Assembly (NCBI GenBank): GCA_002633005.1
Contig: NMRA01000212.1
Span: 175,312 to 239,311 of the forward strand
Origin: Phoronis australis
Lineage: Eukaryota; Animalia; Phoronida
Reading direction: 5' to 3'
Length of the DNA stretch: 64,000 nt
This document shows positions 58,214 to 64,000 of this stretch, in pieces (within the stretch, counting starts at the first letter, position 1; every line of letters starts with the position of its first letter). The position numbers and the translations under genes are program-made. The notes beneath the pieces are model-generated. The model saw nothing but the letters and a program-made list of their open reading frames with translations, searched no databases and was not told the origin of the DNA.

Positions 58214-61200
58214 ATGGCGGAGAGTAAGTACCTGTACTGTAATCATGACATGTATTGCTTCCGAGCTAACTTATTAGGGAACACCATTAGCACCGACTTC
58301 ATAATTGACATTTCCGGGCAATTTCTCCCAGTCTTGTTGTACGCTTCAAGCAAAAAATCATGAAATGAGATGATAAACTGAAACTGTTAAACAGGTTCCA
58401 AATTCTTGTGAAGAAAGCGGAATACATTGAGAGGGATCATGATCACCTACATGGACTGACTGACTTCAGCGTGTTTCAAGTTGGCAAACTCCTCAAAGAA
58501 ATTGTTACAGTTTGAGGTTCTTTATTTTCTGTCTTTGGGCATGGGCCGGGAATCGTGTTCTGTCTTGACATGGAGAGGTTTAAGGACCTACATTGTGTGG
58601 TTGTTTAACCTGGTTCATGCGTTTTAGGTGGTGCGTAATGAAGAGAAAATGTCCCTTTGAAACGTAATATCATCAGACATTATGAAATGGATTTTTAAAA
58701 AGTGGTGTTTTAGTTGCTGGATTGTGACGTCAGCTGGATAAGCGCATTTTTTTAGATCTTTTTCACCACGGCACTTGAACATAATTATCGTTAAACAGAC
58801 TTGTTGACAAACATATCACAAGCTGTCCTTGCCAGACTGGTTTCCTATCACAAGGCATAAGAGAGCACGAATGATTGATATTGAACAGTTCAATTTGATA
58901 ATTTTTGACGCTCTTTATATTATATAGCACGTTTACGACTTACTTTTGCGTCGCTGGCTTGCCTGGTTGACAATCTGTGTCTTGGTAGTGAGTATGGGAA
59001 ATGTCCGTTAACATCTAGCCAGAAATGAAATAGTTTGCTCACAAAAAGTGACATTTTTTTGTTTCGAGGCTATCTGTTGAGAGCAGTCAGACAATTTTTG
59101 TGTACACGGATGATGACACGAGCAGCAAAATGGTTAGATTTAAACATTGAAAAACTGGTTTAAATTGTTTACTCTTCACATTTTAGCAAAATCCTCCGCT
59201 GTAACATCAATATTGACTACAGAAAGCACTCTCACAACTGACGATGTTTTCACTGGTACAAGACTTGTAGCTGTTGTGGGCGGCATTGTAGTGTGCGCTT
59301 TTGTCTTATTTGTTTTACTTGCTATTGGCATCGTCTATTGTAAATACAGGACGAAGAGCACAAAAATGTAAGTAAATTTTTGTGTCCATTTATTTTCAGT
59401 AAATTATAATTATCCGTTGTCTTACAAAACACGCCTGTCAGGCTATGCTCATCTGATAACTAAAGTTCATCCATTTCGTTGTGATGTATATTACTTCTTG
59501 TAGTATGTATTACTAACTTGTATATACATTAGATACGTGTTATATAACGTACGTGATAATAACTGTGGGTTATTACATTGAGATACGTGACATGCAAGCC
59601 AATTTAAACGAGGGCGAAGCCCAAGTTAATCGGCTTGCATATCACGAATCGAATGTAACGTGTAACGGGAGAAGGTTACGTTAGTCTAAGATTACTTAGG
59701 ACTTATTCGACGTGTCTGTACATATAACCAACGATTTTCAAAACTATAGAAAAAACTGTATGGAAGTACAGTAAGAGCCCTAATTTTTATTTTTATTGCA
59801 GTTTGCCATTAATTGAGTCACGTGACTGTGTTTTTGTAAAATTTCATGTTAGCAAAAAAGGAACATTTTGTAGCCAAATTTCATTTGATATATATCTTCA
59901 AGATATAAAAATCAAAAACGCTCAGTTTTCTGGAGTATCATTTTTTTCATAAAAATCATACAAGTCCTATTTTTGATTATATCTCGTGCAGTAGTGGAAC
60001 ATTTCGAAAACAACCCCAAAAAGCATTTTGGAGGGCAGTGCGTAATGAATCCGATCAGTTAATTCTGAAAGTTAGCCAATTTTGGACATTTTCTAGGCTG
60101 GCTTACGCTGCTTGAAATTTCCTGAAATGGTCGGAGAAAATCTTCCATAGGGAGAGAAAATCTTTAGTTGACATTTTTGTTATAGTGGCCTTTTTGAGAG
60201 GGGAATTGATTCAGCCAAAAGGTGAAGTTTTGTGCGCTTTTAGAAGTTGCAATTTTTTTTGCGGGTGAACTGATGTCTACAATTTCGCGAACGTTACCAG
60301 GAGGTTTACGAAAACCAAAACAAAGCGCTCTAACTCAAAATACCGGGATTTTCCGTTGATAAGCCCATGGGCATGTATTCGGAAAATGAAAACTTTCAGG
60401 CGTTTTAGTAACACTAAAGAAACTCCCGGGCGTTTATTCGTAAAAGGGGAGCGTGTAAACGGAAAGTCATAGTTTTGCAGACATTGACATTTTTACTTAT
60501 AACTGTGTCTTTAAATTTTATGTTAATAATGAATGCATAGGTAGCCAACACCTTGTTCGTTTTTATAAATGATAAATGCTACACAAAACTAAATTTGTGG
60601 CAAAAAGTTGACGCTGAGTGGGTTTTTAAGATAAAATTTCCGAATAAACGCGACACTTGACACCAGAAGTTGTAACACGAAATAAACGCCGACGGCATAA
60701 TTTTCCGAATAAACGCCCATTGGCGTTTCATTCGGTGGTCTTATCCACGGAAAATCCCAGTATGTAGTTTGAAGCCCTGGTCACACTTACATAAAAAGGC
60801 CAGCGCACACTATACGATTTTTCACCCCTGACAAAAATTGTGTGTGTTGGTTCAGTGACACGCCGATAAAAAATCTGGAAGCCTCCCGACAAAGAAAAGT
60901 TTTGTGCGCGCTGTCTTTGATGCCCGAGTTTACACAACTAAAGCAACTATTTACGAGTTTTCCCGCGTGAAACCTCGCAGTGTCTGTTGGCTATCATGGT
61001 AATGGCCGGATAATCTCTAGAGATTATTGTCGGGTACACCAAAATGATCTTCACGGCTAACAAGGTCCCAGAGACTTGTTTCTTAATTTGTTTTTACATA
61101 CCATTGTAGTACAGATGATTGCGAAAGTGGGACGTATGGAGAGTTCTTCGCGATGAGNTTTGTGCGCTTTTAGAAGTTGCAATTTTTTTTGCGGGTGAAC

Positions 61201-62553
61201 TGATGTCTACAATTTCGCGAACGTTACCAGGAGGTTTACGAAAACCAAAACAAAGCGCTCTTACTTAAAATACCGGGATTTTCCGTTGATAAGCCCATGG
61301 GCATGTATTCGGAAAATGAAAACTTTCAGGCGTTTTAGTAACACTAAAGAAACTCCCGGGCGTTTATTCGTAAAAGGGGAGCATGTAAACGGAAAGTCAT
61401 AGTTTTGCAGACATTGACATTTCTACTTTTTACTGTGTCTTTAAATTTTATGTTAATAAATGCATAGCTAGCCAACACCTTGTTCGTTTTAATAATGATA
61501 AATGCTCCACAAAACTAATTTTTTGGAAAAAAGTTGACGCTGAGTGGGATTTTAAGATAAAATTTCCGAATAAACGCGACACTTGACACCAGAAGTTGTA
61601 ACACGAAATAAACGCCGACGGCATAATTTTCCGAATAAACGCTCATGGGCGTTTCATTCGGTGGTCTTATCCACGGAAAATCCCAGTATGTAGTTTGGAG
61701 CCCTGGTCACACTTACATAAAAAGGCCAGCGCACACTATACGATTTTTACACCTGACAAAAATTGTGTGTGCTGGTTCAGTGACACGCCGATAAAAAATC
61801 TGGAAGCCTCCCGACAAAGAAAAGTTTCGTGCGCGCTGTCTTTGATGCCCGAGTTTACACAACTAAAGCAACTCATTAAATTCAACTATTTACGAGTTTT
61901 CCCGCGTGAAACCTCGCAGTGTCTGTTGGCTATCATGGTAATGGCCGGATAATCTTTAGTGATTTTTGTCGGGTACACCAAAAGGATCTTCACGGCTAAC
62001 AAGGTCCCAGAGACTTGTTTCTTAGTTTGTTTTTACATACCATTGTAGTACAGATGATTGCGAAAGTGGGACGTATGGAGAGTTCTTCGCGATGAGCACA
62101 ATGAACGCGAGAAAGAAGGCCACCGCCGCAAGGACTGGCAGTGATAAAAGCGAACATCCTAACACTACAGAGGTGACAATACATCGAGATCTGAGTAAGG
62201 AACGAGCCTCAAAACTGGACGGCGAGAAGGATGTGGATAAAAATTCACGAATCACTGAGCTTGACCCCATTTACCAAGAGACTGACCCGGCGCAATCACG
62301 AAATCTTGCACCATTAACCGAGGACAAATCGAGTCATCCCTACAAGCCCCTGCGCAAAAATGGTTCGTATTCCAAGAAGGGTGTTGATAATATTGCCTAT
62401 GATCCGCCTGAAGATGATGACGCGGGCTATGATTCTGTTGACAATGTTCAAGTCTTGCTTGTCGATGACCCCGACAGTGAGCATATATATGACGATCCTG
62501 GCAAAATCAATAAGAACGGGGAGAACAAGAAATTCGATGAACACAAATGTTGA
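58214..62553 (+). CDS. Uncharacterised single-pass membrane protein (about 251 aa) with a short Ser/Thr-rich ectodomain and a Tyr-motif-rich cytoplasmic tail
   Basis: Well-supported exons: 59187-59367 (ttttag|..LVAVVGGIVVCAFVLFVLLAIGIVYCKYRTKSTK|gtaagt) and 62049-62553 (ttgtag|, phase-compatible and in frame with ORF 62092-62553). Tentative 5' exons: 58214-58223 (aacATGGCGGAGA|gtaagt) and 58928-58987 (RLRLTFASLACLVDNLCLG), which keep phase 1 and look like a weak signal peptide. Confidence 0.65.
60229..62097. repeat. Near-identical duplication across N61158 (60229-61157 / 61159-62097), including the start of the orphan gene's last exon
   Basis: Colinear copies. The first ends at ..TTCTTCGCGATGAG-N. 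Confidence 0.9.
60341..60762. mobile_element. TA-flanked Tc1/mariner/pogo-type MITE; second copy at 61271-61688
   Basis: TACCGGGATTTTCCGTTGATAAG ... CTTATCCACGGAAAATCCCAGTA, with TA at both ends and subterminal inverted GCGTTTATTCG / CGAATAAACGC repeats. Confidence 0.75.
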
Positions 62554-63534
62554 TTCCAATTAATTTTATGCATAGCAGATACTGGGTACTGTTTATTTGA
62601 AAATGATAATATAATTACGAGGAAGATGGAAGAAAATTATTTTATGTCCAAAAGGGAACCACGTATGGAGTCCCTTTATTAGTCGAGTCTCCAGCTCTTA
62701 GCTATAGTAGAAAATATCGTTGAACAACTCTTATCACGGTAATTTTGAATAATAATATATAATAACCGAACAAAGATGTCATAATTTGAAGGGTTTCGGA
62801 ATATGATATCTCAAAATTGTGACCAAATTCATTTTGTCATTTTTAGATGTTACACTATGTGTAATTTTCTCCAAACCGCCTTTAGGAGTTGGTTTCAAAA
62901 CGTTTTACATTTTCGTAAAGTAATTTTAGATCTTCAGAAGCATCCATGTTCATCAAGAAAGTGAAAGCTGGGACAGTGTTTCATTTTGTTTTGTCCTGAA
63001 CGTTTATATCATGTAATAGCATTGCTCCTTCTTTTCAAATCAGGAATTAACCACCACAAATCATAGGCATAGTTTCAATTAGTTCTTTTTTCTAGACAGT
63101 GTTGGCAATTCTCAAAGTAAAAACTGTTTTATCAATTCACCTGTGGATTTTCTAATGAGTAATACATATCCAGAAATTTCTAAATGTTGCAATGAAATTG
63201 TGTTTTCAGTGACATTTTTGTTTCAGAATATGTCCGCTTTTGTTATCTACTCGATATGCTGCGCAGTTCAGATGTAAATCTTGACTGGTCTGTACATGTT
63301 TATTTTCCCGCATGTATTTTGACAATAAATTACTACTATTATCAATACTATAACTGATAAACCATTGAGCACCACACTGAGTATTATTCAAACATAACAA
63401 ATTTGTTATTCAACAATTAAATCTCACGAAAGAGACTGAGCAATGTAACAGCGGGAGAATGTCGCTGAAGAACGAAGCACTAATTTCAACGATTCAGATG
63501 CGCCGTAATGACTACATTTCACATTGTTCCTTTA

Positions 63535-63648
63535 TTACACTCCGTGAATGACGAAAGGCAGGTCCGGGCCCTCATGCCACCCGAACTGGAAGATGAAGTG
63601 AATCAACGAGTCGTAGTCCATCTTATCTTGGTTCCAGGTGTACCTTTC
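63535..63648 (-). CDS. Possible terminal exon of a gene entering from the right edge
   Basis: tgtcag|ERYTWNQDKMDYDSLIHFIFQFGWHEGPDLPFVIHGV*. Third codon positions are GC-rich relative to the surroundings and AATAAA overlaps the stop. The acceptor is weak and I recognise no family. Confidence 0.3.
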   Translation of the reverse strand, partial: ERYTWNQDKMDYDSLIHFIFQFGWHEGPDLPFVIHGV

Positions 63649-64000
63649 CTGACATCAACTCAGGTTTTATGTAATCACATTTGTTTGTAGTGGTCCAATT
63701 ATTTCCTGCAATGTAAATCGTAATCTTAGTACACGTTCACACAGTATTAATCTGTATTCAAATGAACCCGGCAATGCAGTGTCTTGATTACGTCACAGGT
63801 CACCATTAATGCAGTGAATGCAAAAAGCCGCTTGCCGTGATATTCTGGATGGAAATTCCAGTTGAAATTTAATGAATGTAGTGGTGCATCCGATCGCAGA
63901 AACAAAAGTTAAACTTTAACCGTTCCCTTGTAAAAGTACGCAAATTTTGAGTTCTATTTTTTCTTGACAAACTATCTAAATACTAGCCAACTGATGTATC

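Overview
This is a eukaryotic, AT-rich, intron-rich window from what looks like a heterozygous draft animal assembly. Intron positions and repeat content suggest a marine invertebrate, possibly a deuterostome; the species cannot be fixed from sequence alone. I reconstructed three conserved spliced genes exon by exon: MOK kinase (minus strand, about 5.5-20.4 kb, 3' end unresolved), TMED10/p23 (minus, 27.4-30.6 kb, 212 aa) and glycogen phosphorylase (plus, 37.5-56.7 kb, 853 aa). A fourth, unrecognised gene (plus, about 58.2-62.6 kb) encodes a single-pass membrane protein with a tiny ectodomain and a tyrosine-motif-rich tail, resembling a transmembrane adaptor. Ten single-N joins are present, seven of them next to near-identical duplications that are most likely uncollapsed alleles. 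Introns carry many MITE-like inverted-repeat elements, a TTAA-flanked piggyBac-like element and a tRNA-derived SINE. The most unusual signals are intronic tandem arrays built from copies of the neighbouring exon or splice site, the adaptor-like orphan protein, and two AAG|GCAAGT GC-AG introns. Most ORFs in the supplied track are spurious or only overlap single exons.
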